The notes beneath the pieces are model-generated. The model was not told the origin of the DNA, did not search any database, and saw only the letters and a program-made list of their open reading frames with translations. Position numbers and translations under genes: made by a program. A stretch of DNA of 64,000 bases from Felis catus (Eukaryota), in NCBI RefSeq assembly GCF_018350175.1, contig NC_058368.1:157854001-157918000 (forward strand). The letters run 5' to 3'. Positions 11,827 through 24,631 of this stretch are shown here, piece by piece (position 1 is the first letter of the stretch; each line of letters begins with the position of its first letter).

Positions 11827-11861
<35 letters not shown>

Positions 11862-12023
11862 CTCTTCTTGTAGCAAGATTTTTAAGAGACTTAAATGTGC
11901 AAATGGATATTGTGACTAATCAAGAAAGGACATGGCATTCAGCATTTCCCAGACTGTTATCAAGCAGTATCTACTTACATCTCTCAGAATTCTGTTTCTC
12001 AGAACACGGTTAGGGAAAAGCTG
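11172..12023. mobile_element. MER103C-like hAT-Charlie remnant split by the large microsatellite
   Basis: Right flank …ttaaatgtgcaaatggatattgtga…cagcatttcccagact…gaacacggttagggaaaagctg and left flank catttctcaaa…gctaaataggattaaag|tttctt resemble MER103C. Confidence 0.5.
11266..11869. repeat. ~600-bp compound (CCTT)n/(CCCT)n/(CTTT)n polypyrimidine microsatellite
   Basis: Plus strand is essentially only C and T throughout. Confidence 0.99.
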
Positions 12024-12429
12024 CCTGGAGTGATAGGTTTCCTTATAAACTGGCAGTCAGCCTCTCTGGACCCTGGTCTTCCAGAAGCCCATCACCATGC
12101 CATATTCAAGAGCAGGGCCCATGACCCACTCTTCTGTGCGACTCGTGTTTGTACTCACTGAGAGAGAGGATCCGATGGAGTTTGCTGGCCACTATCCAAT
12201 CTAGGGCACTTTTATTGAGATGTCTTAAACCAAAGTGCCTCAGAGCAGTTTGGCTTTTATACATGATCCTTTGGCCTGAGCACAAATCTCTGGACCGATT
12301 AGCTGTGGCCAAGGTAGTAATATCAAGTGGCCAAATCCACAGAATTTTAGTGCTGTTGTTCTTTACATGGAGGCTATAATAGGTAGTTAAGTTTTAAGGG
12401 CTATTCTGATTCCATCTTCATGTAAGATA

Positions 12430-12535
12430 TTCATTCATTCATTTATTCAGCAAGGATTATTGGATACCTATCGTGTACACTTAACATGAACACCATGTTA
12501 CACTCTGGGGATACAAACATGAGTAAGATATCTTT
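12430..12535 (-). mobile_element. L2 3' end remnant
   Basis: attcattcatttattcagcaa…tattggataccta…ctggggatacaaacatgagtaaga. Confidence 0.65.
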
Positions 12536-14464
12536 CTGTTTCCCAAGCAGCTTGGTTGTCCTTGTTTGTTTCATAGGATACTCTTTGGATGTACAACGAG
12601 CTGCTCCATTTTGAAAGCCAATATAGGTGATTGAAATATATACATACCTCCTTGTTATTTTCCTGTTACTATTCGATCTAATCTTTGGTCTGAATGTTCT
12701 GCAGTATTCCCCCAGAGAAACCAGCAGCAGGCAGGGCTCACACAGATGTGGGGCATCAGGAATGCAGTACTTTTGGTTGATTAATTGATAACATGATTAT
12801 GGCCTCTTTCCCATGTGGGGGACATGGTGCTGTCTGATGCTGTCTTCTTTTCTATTGTGCATGCTCGGGACAGGCATCCCAGATGGTCCTTGATTGATTG
12901 TAAGACAGGAGAGGGACACGGTGGCAGCATGTGTAGCACTGCCAGAAGGAACACATCTGTAGCAGCTGTGTGGATCGTTGCTCTCAGTGAGCTGTTCTTT
13001 TCTGGGCTGAGGTGCAGGTCTTCATGAAGAAGAAAAGTCCAGGGCGACAGAAAAATTAATTTTTTCTCTAATCTGAGTTTACAAGAATCCTGGCTCATGG
13101 CTTACTATGCTTCAAGTTCACTACTCCCAGTGTAGGGAGATCCCTATAGCTACTGGCTTCTCATTAAATATGTTGTATGTTACATGGAGGAACATCAGCA
13201 AGTTAAACATCTATTTGGGTTAAAAAAGGGAAAGATTCCCACCTGGAAAATTTAAATATATCTGTTAGAGTCCACTTCACAGTTAAAGTTGTGATATCTT
13301 GTGATAGAAATGGCAAGATTACTGAATTTAGTGTTGATGTTTCACTAGTTGCTTAAAAGGTTGTTAAGGATTGCTTGCCATTTATAGCCAGATAGAGATA
13401 GCGGATGGTGGAAGACACTCTTCCTGGGTCTTCTCCTAAGAGCCCCACCACTCATTCTTTTTTTGGTAGCATTCTTCAAAGCAACAATCTCATACACTGT
13501 TCTTTATTGATTCATCGGGTAACTGCTGACTCCAGAACTAAATGATTACACTGCTTTTCCTTTGGTCAGTTCTTTGCTTATCTGTTCTTCACAGTTCTCT
13601 AACAGGTTTCTCACCATGTGGAAGGTGCTGTGCAAGCCACCCGGAGAAATACAGCAGTGCACAAAGTATGCTCCCTGCCACCTGCTGATAGGTATCCAAC
13701 TGAACATAATACAAGACATGTGTGTTACGTTACACACAAAGTGGTGTAAAGGAACTTGCAACGGCTTTGTAGAATATGATCATGAGTAGGCAGATTCTGG
13801 CCACTGATGCATCATTGTGGACTTGTATGTAAATGTGCTACATAAGGACCCTGAGCAATATCATGGCAACCTCATGTTTCATTCATATGAAACTCCTATT
13901 ACTGAATTCTTTCAGGAATGCATTTTGCAACTTCTGTACATTCTTGAAGCAAAGGCCTTAACACTATAGCTTTTGTTCCTTTTGGACCATTCACCTTCTG
14001 GGAACGTCAGTGGGCACTTGGTATATTATAGGCCATCACCAGCCTCCAGCATGAAGGACTTAGTGGAGGGCTCATTTTCATTCACAAATGGGCCTTCCCC
14101 TTCTCCTTCTCGGTCATTTACTTCCCTGCTTCTTCAAATACTTAAAGCACAATCTGAGCACTCCATAACACCTTATCAATGAAGTTTGATGCTACTTCTT
14201 TACATTTGCAGTACAGTTCTAAAGTTTAAAATTGAATGATAAAGACCCACTCCACAATCATGAATACCAGATCATATTGTTTACTTTTCAAAAATGTCTC
14301 CTTTCAGTTTATCTTTGCTTCTACTGACTCAAAGTTCCATAAAATACATTTAAGAGATCTTCTTCCATTTAACAACTTGCCCAGACTGGGGATATCAGAT
14401 TCCTCTTCTTTCCATCTGCTGGAGGAACAGTTATCCATTGTGCTGCACCTTGTATACTTTTACA

Positions 14465-14972
14465 AAATACTGGTACCCAGGACCCACAGAGATTCTCATT
14501 TATTGGTTTGAGGTAGAGTTCAGAATCAAGTATTTCTTTTTTACCGAGATATAATTGCCATATTATTTTAGTTTTAGGTGTACAACATGATGATTTGATG
14601 TTTGTATACATTATGAGATGATCACCACAATTAGTCTATTTAACATCCATCACCATACATAGTTACAATTTTTTTCTTGTGATAAAATCTTTCAGGATCT
14701 AACCTCTTAGCAATGTTCAAATATACAATACAGTGGTTACTAACTGTAGTCACCATGCGTCACATCCCCGTGACTTATTGATTTCACAATCCGAAATTTG
14801 ACCACCTTCACCTATTTTCCTTACCCCCTACTGCTCGCCTCTGGCAACCATCAGTCTGTTCCCTGTATCTATAAGTTTGTGATTTCGTTTTGCATTTTTG
14901 TTTGTTTGTTTCTAAGAATATAGTATTTTTTTAATTCCCTAAGTGGTTGAGAGCCAGGCTTGAGAACCACTG
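14465..14972. mobile_element. MER5A-like MITE interrupted by an L1 fragment
   Basis: cccacagagattctcatttattggtttgagg (left) and ccctaagtggtt…gccaggcttgagaaccactg (right). Confidence 0.65.
14537..14914 (-). mobile_element. L1 (L1MA/L1_Carn-type) 3' end fragment
   Basis: gagatataattg…ttttaggtgtacaacatgatgatttgat…ctctggcaaccatcagtctgtt; approximate TSD agaatcaagtattt/agaatatagtattt. Confidence 0.85.
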
Positions 14973-15266
14973 TGTCAGTGCTAAAACCTGTTCAGAACCA
15001 GTGAATATCTCTAAATCCAGCGGTTGAGGTCCAGTTTTGTTAATCAGGAGGCAGATTTTTTCCAGCAGCTTTGGAACAAAGACTGCTATGGATATCCAGA
15101 ACATTCTTCGGCCTCATTGCTGAATTACCCCTAGATTAAGGATATTTACTTTTTTGATTGTTTCTGCTTTAAAGCAACCCACCCACCCAGTTACCCCGTG
15201 GCTAATATATACAAAACTTTAATGAAAGTTAAAAAAAAAAGTTAAACCCTTGTTTAAGACACTATT

Positions 15267-15375
15267 GCTATTTTCTGGGCAAATTGTCAGAATGAATATT
15301 CAAATCTATGATAACTATGTAAATGACACTCCATGGAGTTGTGCAGTGCACAGCCTGCACAACCACACCCTGTGA
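15267..15375. mobile_element. MER91-like hAT fragment
   Basis: ggagttgtgcagtgcacagcctgcacaacc terminal motif. Confidence 0.45.
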
Positions 15376-15951
15376 CCCATCACATTCTTGCTTTTCTTGT
15401 TTAAACAAGTCATGACCTGAATTAGTGATCTGGAGACTGTTGGCCTCAGATGACACATTGGCAGGCTGGTTTAGGCATAGTATCTAAGATAAAAGGCAAC
15501 TTCAAAGTCTGAGATGATGGGTTAAGATGTTCTCAAAAGGCTCCCTGCCTCATGACTCTGTCATGTTGCTTAATTTATCCCAGGTTGCCAGGGAAATGAA
15601 TTCAAAGTTGACCAGTACAGTGCCTAGAAGCTGTGTATGAATAATAAATAAATTGATGGCAAATATGCCTTTGCTTGACAACCCTGGATGGCTTTATTTG
15701 CTTTTGCAAAGCTAAAGACTGACATAACCTGCTCAGCCTCAGCACAATTGCTAAGTAAGCCAGGCTTATTTTCAAATTTCTTAACATCTTCTTTTTATGT
15801 CCCATTCTTTATGGAAGTGAACACCAAGAAAAAGCAGGTGTGTTACTCATGGAATATTCTGATAGAAGCATTTAGCTCTGTACCTCTCTGCTTGGCCAGT
15901 GAATTCTATGGATGGAATCTCATGTAGCTGCATGTAAGTGAGCTCTGGTAG

Positions 15952-16180
15952 TATAGCTGTGCTGTTCACTAAAATCTTCTGCGGTGATGGAAATGGCCTA
16001 TAATGTGCTGTCCAATAAACTATAGGTAGATATCCCTAACCATATGTGGCTACTGAGCACTTGAAATATGGCTAGGGAAACTGAGGAATTAAATTTCTAA
16101 TTGTAAATACTTTTAATTAATTAAAATTTAAATTCAAAGAGCTACACATGGCTAATGGCTATCATATTAGACAATACAGG
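15952..16180. mobile_element. MER3-like hAT-Charlie MITE
   Basis: ttctgcggtgatggaaatg…catatgtggctactgagcacttgaaatatggctag…cacatggctaatggctatcatattagaca. Confidence 0.8.
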
Positions 16181-16244
16181 TCTGAAAGATAGGTCTTATC
16201 TAGAGGGGAAGGTAAAGAATATTGTGTATCTTCAAACTGTCAGG

Positions 16245-16420
16245 AACATTCTTTTTTATTATCTTATTTGATCTTCATAAGGCCTCACAAGGTAGATTTT
16301 ATCATCCCCATTTTATAGACTGAAAATAACTGAGTCCCAGAGAATCAATTGTCTGAGATCTGTGACTAAAAAGGATCAAATCAGCATTCAAACTTAGGTT
16401 TCTTTGGTTCTAAAGCCTGC
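16245..16420 (-). mobile_element. MIR SINE
   Basis: aggtagattttatcatccccattttatagactgaaaataactgagtcccagaga. Confidence 0.75.
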
Positions 16421-16565
16421 ACTTGAAATTTACTTGGGGAAGTAGTCTTCACTGTTAGAAACCAAAATTCACAATAAAAGCAATCATGACAACTACTAAA
16501 ATACTCCTCGAAACATGTGCTCTGTCCTTTCTATTTCCTTTTTTCACCAGATTAAAATTGGGCTT

Positions 16566-16775
16566 GCAGTCCACTGGGTTGCTCAGTCAGTTAAAGCGTC
16601 AGACTCTTGATTTTGGCTCAGGTCATGATCTCACGGTTTGTGAATCTGAACATCATATTGGGCTCTGCACTTGACAGCATGGAGCCTGCTTGAGATTCTC
16701 TCTCTGTCTTTCTCTCTCTGCCCCTGCCCCGCTTGTGCTTGCAATATCTCTCAAAAATAAATGAACATTGAAAAA
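16566..16775 (+). mobile_element. Older Can-SINE
   Basis: gctcagtcagttaaagcgtcagactcttgattttggctcaggtcatgatctc…ctcaaaaataaatgaacattg; TSD-like aaaattggg on both sides. Confidence 0.9.
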
Positions 16776-17060
16776 AATTGGGACTTAAGTACACTGAATA
16801 GAACCATCAGAAAGAATCTCACATATTAGTAGCTGCTTAGGACTGAGCAGAGGTGTATCAGGGAGTTGTCAGTTTCTTTTCATTAAAGCCCAAACTCTGC
16901 CATACCAGACCTCTGCTGAATTGGTTATCTCCCCACCCCTACTACATCTCTTCCTTTATTTCTTAAGATGCCCAGAGTCCATATTTATGGTCCTTTCTCC
17001 TGTGCTCTCCTTTGTTCATGGTTCTTACCCATGTCTAGTGAATATGTGTTCATCATCTAG

Positions 17061-17236
17061 GCAATGGTTCTTAGCCCTGGCTACATCAGGAGTAACTGGT
17101 GCACTTTTAAAAACTCAGCTGCCAGAGATTCACTCAAACAAACTGAATGTGGATTTCTGAGAGTTGGGTCCAACCATCAGTATTTTTTAAAGTTTCCCAA
17201 GGGACTGTAATGTGCAGGCAGGGCTAAGAAGCACAG
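17061..17236. mobile_element. MER5A-like MITE
   Basis: caatggttcttagccctggct…ttcccaagggactgtaatgtgcaggcagggctaagaagcacag. Confidence 0.7.
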
Positions 17237-18409
17237 CCCTTATTGATTGGTCATCTGCCTGTATCATAGAGTTTTGTTGATTCCAGACTTTTTGAACTCA
17301 GAGCACTAGGTAGGTGAGTATTGTAGGTGGAAAAGGGTGGGTGTTGTGGATGGTAAGTAATAAGCGCTTGAAAAAGTGTCAGAAGGTAAAGAAGACAAAA
17401 GAGTTGTGGTAAGGGGTCCTAGGAAGGCTTCTGTCACAGCCATTGTGGATGGGTAGAGTTTAGGAAACGCTGATGAGAGAAAGAGCTTTAAGATAAATAA
17501 TCTGTATTGGCATTGCTTCTGTTCAACATCATTTGTTGAGAACCTTTTGCGCCAGCTCCTGTCATAGGGGCACAAAGATAGAAGGAAAAAAAAAAGGTCC
17601 CTGCCATGTAATAAATTACAAGTGTAGAATTAATAAAAAGAAGAAAAAAATAAGAAAGACCTGACCAAATAAGAATAATCCTTATTTAACTACTTATGTG
17701 TACCATTTGCCATTATTACTCAGCACAAGTAGCTTTATACACATCATTAAATATGTGTTGGGCTATCTTTGTTGTAACTTGTATTCAGTTGCAGCAGTAG
17801 CCTCTGTTTATAACTTCTTAGCCTTTATGTGGTCTGCTTGTGAAGAGTTTAAACAAATTGAAAGGGGACTTCCACCTGCAACTTCCCTTAAGTATTATGT
17901 GTGAAGTAAATGTCTATAATAGTTTTTGGCAAATGCATTAAATAAGTCTTCTCATCTTCTTGTACACCCCCCCCACACCCACCTTGCCAATCCTTGGCCC
18001 CACCACATCACACCTAACACGTTTTTCTAATCATAGCCTAAATCAAAGTATTTTTCTGTGCTTTGATGGGATAGAAATGGAAGAATTAAAGAGAAACTTC
18101 TCTAGTAGTAAGGGTCACAGGGCATCTGTGTTGGGGGGATGGGGAGCCCACAGTCCTTCTGTCCACTAGAAGCAGCATTAAGTACATCTCCACGGTTTCA
18201 TGCCTGCTTGTCATGTGCTTCAACATCAGAATTCACTTGGAAACCTGTCTTAATTTTAGCATGTGTGTAGTGTTTGGGGTAGGGCTTCCCACCAGGAGAT
18301 CACAGAAGCATAGAGGATGGCAAGCACTCCTATTCGCTGAGCACTGACTTCCTCTTCACACCAGTGTTAACAAATAACATCAACAAAGCATAAATTTGTT
18401 CCGCCTGTT

Positions 18410-18960
18410 TTGGTGCTTTGTATAAATGGTATCATAGAATGTGTATGGCTTTTATGTCTGGCTTCTTTCCTTTAACACAACATTTGTGAGATTCATTCAT
18501 TTTGTTGGGTGTAACTGTAGATCGTTTACCTTCATAACTGTAGTGTTTTCCACTGTGTGAATAAACTCAAATATATTTATACATTCAACTGTTGATGGAC
18601 GTTTGGGTAGCTTTCAGGTTGAGGCTATTACAATTGCTGCTATGAGCAATCTGATACATGTAGTTCTGTGAATGTATATATGTATTTCTGTTGGGAACAT
18701 ACCTAGAAGTGGAGCTGTCAGATAATAGGATATGTGAGCATTCAGTTTAAATAGATAACTTGCCAAACAGATTTCCAGAGTAGTTGCACTGATTCTCTGG
18801 TCCATCAGCAGTGTATGAGAGTTATGGTGCCTCTCTTTGTTCCTTTCCATCTTCTCGTTTTAGGCATTCTGGTATATGTCCAGGATGCAGTATGGTTTAA
18901 TTTGCATTTTCTTAGTGATTATGGAAGTTGAGCACCTGTTGTATTCGTTGGCCATATACA
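18410..18960 (-). mobile_element. Old L1M (MC/ME-type) 3' region
   Basis: gtctggcttctttc…ttgtgagattcattcat…gttgatggacgtttgggtagctttcag…tttaatttgcattttcttagtgatt. Confidence 0.8.
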
Positions 18961-19804
18961 AGTAATTTTTGCCACTTGTTCTAACACGATTATTCTAATA
19001 ACATATAGACAAATTTCTTATCCTATTTTTTTCTCTAGCTATTTTCATACCCCCCCCTTTTTTTTAACCAATATAATGTCATTGGGAAAATAAGTTCCCT
19101 CCTTTTAGGCTAATCTAATACAGTTGTTTTCTTAAATTGTTGTTACCTGGTAGTAAAGCGAACAACATTTGTTCTCTCAAAACAAGAGGAAGATTTCACT
19201 AAAATTAAATAACCTGATATATAGTAAGTGTGAACAGATTCAAGGAAGATTATGCATAGTCATTTTGGAATTTGAATAACTAATGTAAGTCTTTGGATGA
19301 GAGAAAATATTTTACATCAATTATATCTTCCTCAAAAGGCAGTCAGTCTTAATACTAAGAGAAGGAACAAGCCTAGAGAAGAACCCACCCTGATGGAACT
19401 TGCTTTCTAAATGACAATGCTGTTCTAGAGTTGATATGACATTGATAAATTTGATTTAAATCAAATGAGCTATTGTTTAATAGGCCTTTTATATTATTGG
19501 AATTCAAGGCTGCCAAGCTCTTCTGTGAAGTACAGTCATGGAACTTCAGAGAAGCCTTCCATGGTTAGGTGAGTTGGATAAATTCATTAAACTAACAGAG
19601 TTATTGGAGCATTCTGGGCTCTGCTAAAGACCACACGGGCAGTGTGACAGCCAAGAAAAGAAAGGCTAGAGAATAGTAGGAACCACAGAAATAAAATAAG
19701 CTAGGTTGTCTGGCCCTGTCCTCATTTTCTTATTTTAAGCAAATACCTAGTGTATTTATTGCCTGACAATGACTGACAAAGGTATATAAAAAGTTCTGGC
19801 TCTT

Positions 19805-19992
19805 GGAGTGCCTGGGTGGCATGGTCACTTGAGCAGCCAACTTTGGCTTACGTCATGATCTCATAGTTTGTGAGTTCGAGCCCCGCATCAGGTTTGCTGT
19901 TGTCACCACAGAGCCCACTTCAGATCCTCTGTCCCCCTCTCTCTCTGCCCACCCCTGCTCTCTCCCTCAAAAATAAATAAACATTAAAAAAG
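19805..19992 (+). mobile_element. Can-SINE
   Basis: ggagtgcctgggtggc…gagttcgagccccgcatc…aaaataaataaacatt; TSD aaaagtWctggctct at 19789-19803 and 19993-20007. Confidence 0.93.
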
Positions 19993-20541
19993 AAAAGTAC
20001 TGGCTCTCCTTTTTGGAGAAAACAATTTAGTTGGTTGTATATTGCTGACTGAAACGTCATGTCCTTTGAGGCATCAATGGGATTTAGACTGATCCCAAGT
20101 CTTTCCAAATTGCTTGCTTAGTTATTTTTCTATACAGAGAATATTTTTATAAAAATGTATAATTCAAGGAACAGATTTCTCAAGGGCTTGAATGCCTTTG
20201 AATGTGCTACTGCATTGACCAAGCGTGAACACAATGCAGATCTCTCGTCACTTGTGATATACTGGGCATTGCGGCTTGACTGTCTACTCTCTCATCCCTG
20301 TGTCTGTCTATCTATCATTACTGCCGTGCCATTTGAGTTTTGGAGGATTTGAGATTTGGGAGTGGACTTTGAAATGTTTATCTTTTGGCACCTTATCAAG
20401 GACTTGCTAACATAGGTCCTGCATAGGGAAGAGGAAGAAATGAGAGGAAAATTATGAGAGAAGAAATGAGTTAGAGCCCCAGTTTTACAGTTCAGTCCTG
20501 ATTCTGCCCAAAAAATTTACTGAAAGAATAACTCCTGAAAG

Positions 20542-20553
20542 GTGTGTGTGTAT

Positions 20554-20621
<68 letters not shown>

Positions 20622-20651
20622 GCATGTATATACATACACAGATATATATAT
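20542..20651. repeat. Compound (TG)n/(TA)n microsatellite
   Basis: Alternating TG and TA dinucleotide runs. Confidence 0.95.
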
Positions 20652-21418
20652 TTACTTCTTTTCCTAGGGTATCACAAATTTGAGGGTAAAATGTATTTTG
20701 GAACATCAAAAAATGTGTTGAAATACAGTTTCTGCCATTATAAAATGTGTCCTTAGATCCAATATCAGGTGTGCATGTGTGTCCATTTTCACCCATTACT
20801 TCATGGAGATGATGGGTGTGACAACAAACAAAGAGGAAACGAGACAGTTATTTCTCCTGGTCACTGGCCTTTGCTTTTAAAATTTCTTCTGGTCTTTCAA
20901 ACTGGTATGTTTCCCTCCGCCTCTAAATGGTTCATGTTTCAAAAACGTTTTGAGAGAATTGTTACACTGTGTTTTCCACTCCATGGTGAAAATCTCTAGC
21001 TGTATGTCCTATAGAAACTTGGTATGAGTGATGAACAGGAATGAAGGGTCCACAGAAGAGACCACCTGATGGATCTAGCTTGAGTCCCAGACCTGTTCTC
21101 TGACACCACCCTCTTTTCTCCATCCCTTCTGGAAGTGCCTGAGTTATACCATCATCGGCAATGAACTCTTTGTGCTTTAAGGAGGGAGAGATGAGAATCT
21201 GTTTGACTTTTGCTGAAGTTAGTCTATTACCACCTTGAGGTAGTAGCAGATGTTAACTACCTGGAAGGCACAATGACCTTTGATTTGAGAGAAACCAGCG
21301 CTTTAAAGTTTCAGATAATTATGTTTGAGATAATTCACAGCTGGTCTGGGGCCTTCGCCTCTTTCATTGACAGTAAGCCATATTTTAACTCATCCCCAGA
21401 TGTATAAAGTCTATTCAT

Positions 21419-21433
21419 TGACTCAGTGAGTCA
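21419..21433. promoter_or_regulatory. Back-to-back pair of consensus AP-1 sites
   Basis: TGACTCA-G-TGAGTCA in non-repetitive sequence; motif match only. Confidence 0.5.
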
Positions 21434-21754
21434 TTAACTGCCTTTAAAGTTTCATTAAAAGCGGAGACATTGCTAAAGAGCTTGTATTAGTCACCCTTTG
21501 ATCCAAGTTCAGTTAGACATTTGAGGAGAGAATTGATAACGTAACAAATGATGTCAAAAGAGAGAGGCTAACGTGGCTATCGGAGTCTCCACTGTTCAGG
21601 TCCAACAAATACTGAAAAATTTGTTGGAATGGCATCCGGTCAGCAAGTGTGATATGCTGCAGGGGGGATGGATATTATATTACTGAATATGATAGTTTGT
21701 GTGAGCTCACATGTTTGTCCTGTCTCCTCCTCTTTTCCCGGTCTTCCCTTCTAG

Positions 21755-21830
21755 GTCATTCGATGCTGTCACCCCTTCCACATAAATAGCACATCTGCTC
21801 AAGACATAGAGTTTATTTTGAAGGACACAG
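21755..21830 (+). other. Candidate 76-nt internal exon (transcript unknown)
   Basis: Branch-like CTCAC at 21706-21710, ~40-nt AG-free pyrimidine tract ending cttctag|, donor CAG|GTAATT. Confidence 0.35.
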
Positions 21831-22769
21831 GTAATTCAAAAGCTATTTATGTTTGAATAGTACTTACCTAATTTAAATAGCCCAGCAATGATGAAATACT
21901 AGCATAGCAGAATCTAAAATAGTTTGGCCCAGCTTATTAAGTTGTTATGATGCACATTACAGGCTCATTTGCTATAATTAATTAGTGAAGAGAGGATAGA
22001 GCTTCGGCCTTAATTGCTTCTATCTAGCAAATGTTTTTGAGGAGAGTTCATTTATTAAGAGGAGCCTAACTGAGAAGAATACATAGGCAAAAAGTTCTTT
22101 CTTTTGTTCTTTCTTCACTTCATATATTTTTTCCAATGCTATTATTTAAAATAATTTTTTTAAAGCTCTAAGTAGAAGCAAGTGTTGTGTTCCTTTGCCA
22201 AGCAGTCTTTTTCACTAAACTGACATTTCCTAAAATATCATCTTTACATGCAGTGTGTTTTTCTCCCACTGGTTGCTGGCTGACCTTTGTGCTTTAACTC
22301 TTTCGAATCCTTAGAGCATTTAGGGGATAGAGTTGGAAGCCATGATGGGATTCATTTTCTCTCTCTCCTTGTCAAGCCTCCAGAGCAGGATAAGATGATG
22401 AGTACAGTCAAAACAGCAATACAAAACCCATAGAATAGATATACCACGTGTTGATATCAGTCCCCTGAACTAGTATTATTATTTTTTATGGGTATTCATT
22501 TTTTACATGTCAACATGCAAACAGTAATAATTCTTTCATTATTTAGCTATAAAAAATTTTTGAAATGGCTCTTTACATATATTATTTCATTTAGTCATAT
22601 TCTAAACACTGAAGCTGGCTGGGCGAGATGCTGTTCCTCTCTGTTTACAAATAATGGAACTGAGATTGGAAGATGCTAAGGGATTTGGCTGAGAGCACGC
22701 ACCTGTTTAGTGGCCACCAGAAACAGGCCTGAGTTCTGATAGTTGGCACATATCCCTCTGTACTGTTGT

Positions 22770-24060
22770 TGTTAAAGATTTTAAACATGCAGGAAATAGA
22801 CAAAACTGATACCCACATATCTACCTCCTTGGATTTAACAAATGTTAGCCTTCTATTTATTTGCCTCAGACCATTTTTGTTTTGGCGTTTGTAATCAAGC
22901 ACTGTGAGTGCATCTAATACTGTCCTTCCTCGATCTCTTTTCCCATTCCTCCTTCCCTCCCTCAAGAGTCCCACAGTCCTGAATTTGTTGGGAAGCATTC
23001 CCATGCAAGTTTTCAGATTTTACTCTGTATGTATCTTTCCATGAACATATATAGTATTATGCTGTGCCTTAAAATTTCACACATATGGAGTCATACGTAC
23101 CATGTCACAACTTCAGTTTGGTCCTATGTCTTCAGTAGTGTGTTTCCAAAATTTATCCATGTAAATCTAGTTCATTCATTTCAACAGGTGCATAGTATCC
23201 CATTGTATGAACACACCATGTTTATTCATCCATTCCTTGTTTATGGACATTGGGGTTATTGTCCATTTCCCCCTATTTTAAAAAGTGCAGTAAAGGATAT
23301 CTTTGTGACTTTCCCTTGGCCAAAGGTACAATAATTTCTCTAGGTCTGAAGGATATATCAGAACTTTAATTAATGTGCACATTTGCAGCTTTCCTAGGTA
23401 TTAGTGTATTTTTCTCCAAAGCATTTGTACCAATTTGTTCTGCCACAGATGGTACATAAATTCTTTTTCCCCATATTCTTTACAACATTTGGAGTTATTA
23501 GCTTTCATATTGTTCTCCCCCGGCCTCTTCATTCCATTGGTGTATAATGATTTCTCCTTGTTTTAATTTGATCCTTATGTTTGCCTGTCTTTTCTTATAT
23601 TTATTGGTTGTTGAGATCTCTTCTTCAACAAATTGTCTGATTATATTATTTGATTTGTTTCCCTATTGAACTTCTTGCATTAATCATTATTTGTAGGAAT
23701 TTCACATATATTCTGGATATTTTAGCAATTATATCTTCTCCCAATCTGTGACTTGTCTCAGCATTGCTTATGGTGACTTTCTTGTAGTACAGAAAATTTT
23801 TATTGTAATGTGCAATATGATTTATCAATATTTTCCCTTGCATTTATAGTATTCTGCCTTTAAGGAAATCTGCCTTGGATTGAAGTCATAAAAATATTCA
23901 CCTATTTTTTTTAAAGGCTTAAAGCTTTATAGGTATTATAATAATTTTGAACTTATTTTTATGGATGGTGAGAGGTAGAAACCTACTTTTCCTTTTCCTT
24001 CATGGATAACCAGTTATTCCAGTGACAGTTATTAAATAATCCATATTTTAACTTTTGATT
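22770..24060 (-). mobile_element. Ancient L1ME/MD-type remnant
   Basis: ttcatccattccttgtttatggacattggggttattg…catatattctggatatt…tttccttcatggataaccagttattccag. Confidence 0.75.
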
Positions 24061-24631
24061 TTTTAATTTAGTTTTTATTTTCTATCCAATGTAGGTACAA
24101 AATACAAATACTCAAGAATTCTACAGTCTATTTTAAAAATGAAAAATTGGAGTTCCCTTCTATTTCCTGCACCCCAGATACAAACACTATTTTATTCTTT
24201 TAGACTTTATAAAGTAAAAACAAACAAACAAACAAACACTTTTATCTCTTAATAGTATGCTCGTGATAACAGCTCTTAATTTGTCACATCGGGTCATTAT
24301 TCTTTAACTTTAAACTTTGGAAGATGAGAGGTTTTTTTAGTTTGTTTGCATTCTCCTAAAATAGTGTTACTGTAATTTTGGTTTAATAAATATTCCATAT
24401 TTACATTATTTCCATTATGTAAACTACTTACAAATGTACTATGTACTACTACAGTTTAATTACTTTTCTTTTCCTGCATATTTTTGGTTTGTTTTTATTG
24501 GAGTTATAGTCTTATTTTATTCATATATTTATTTTTTGTGTTCTTAACATAATTAGCTCCAAACTTCCTCTTATGCAAATCTCCTCTCATGTTCAAACAC
24601 TTCCATTTTCTGACAATGTCATCTTTTAAAA

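Noticed and set aside
11259..11876. 205-aa ORF rich in E/G/R/K
   Set aside because: Translation of the GGAA/GGGA microsatellite, which cannot contain stop codons
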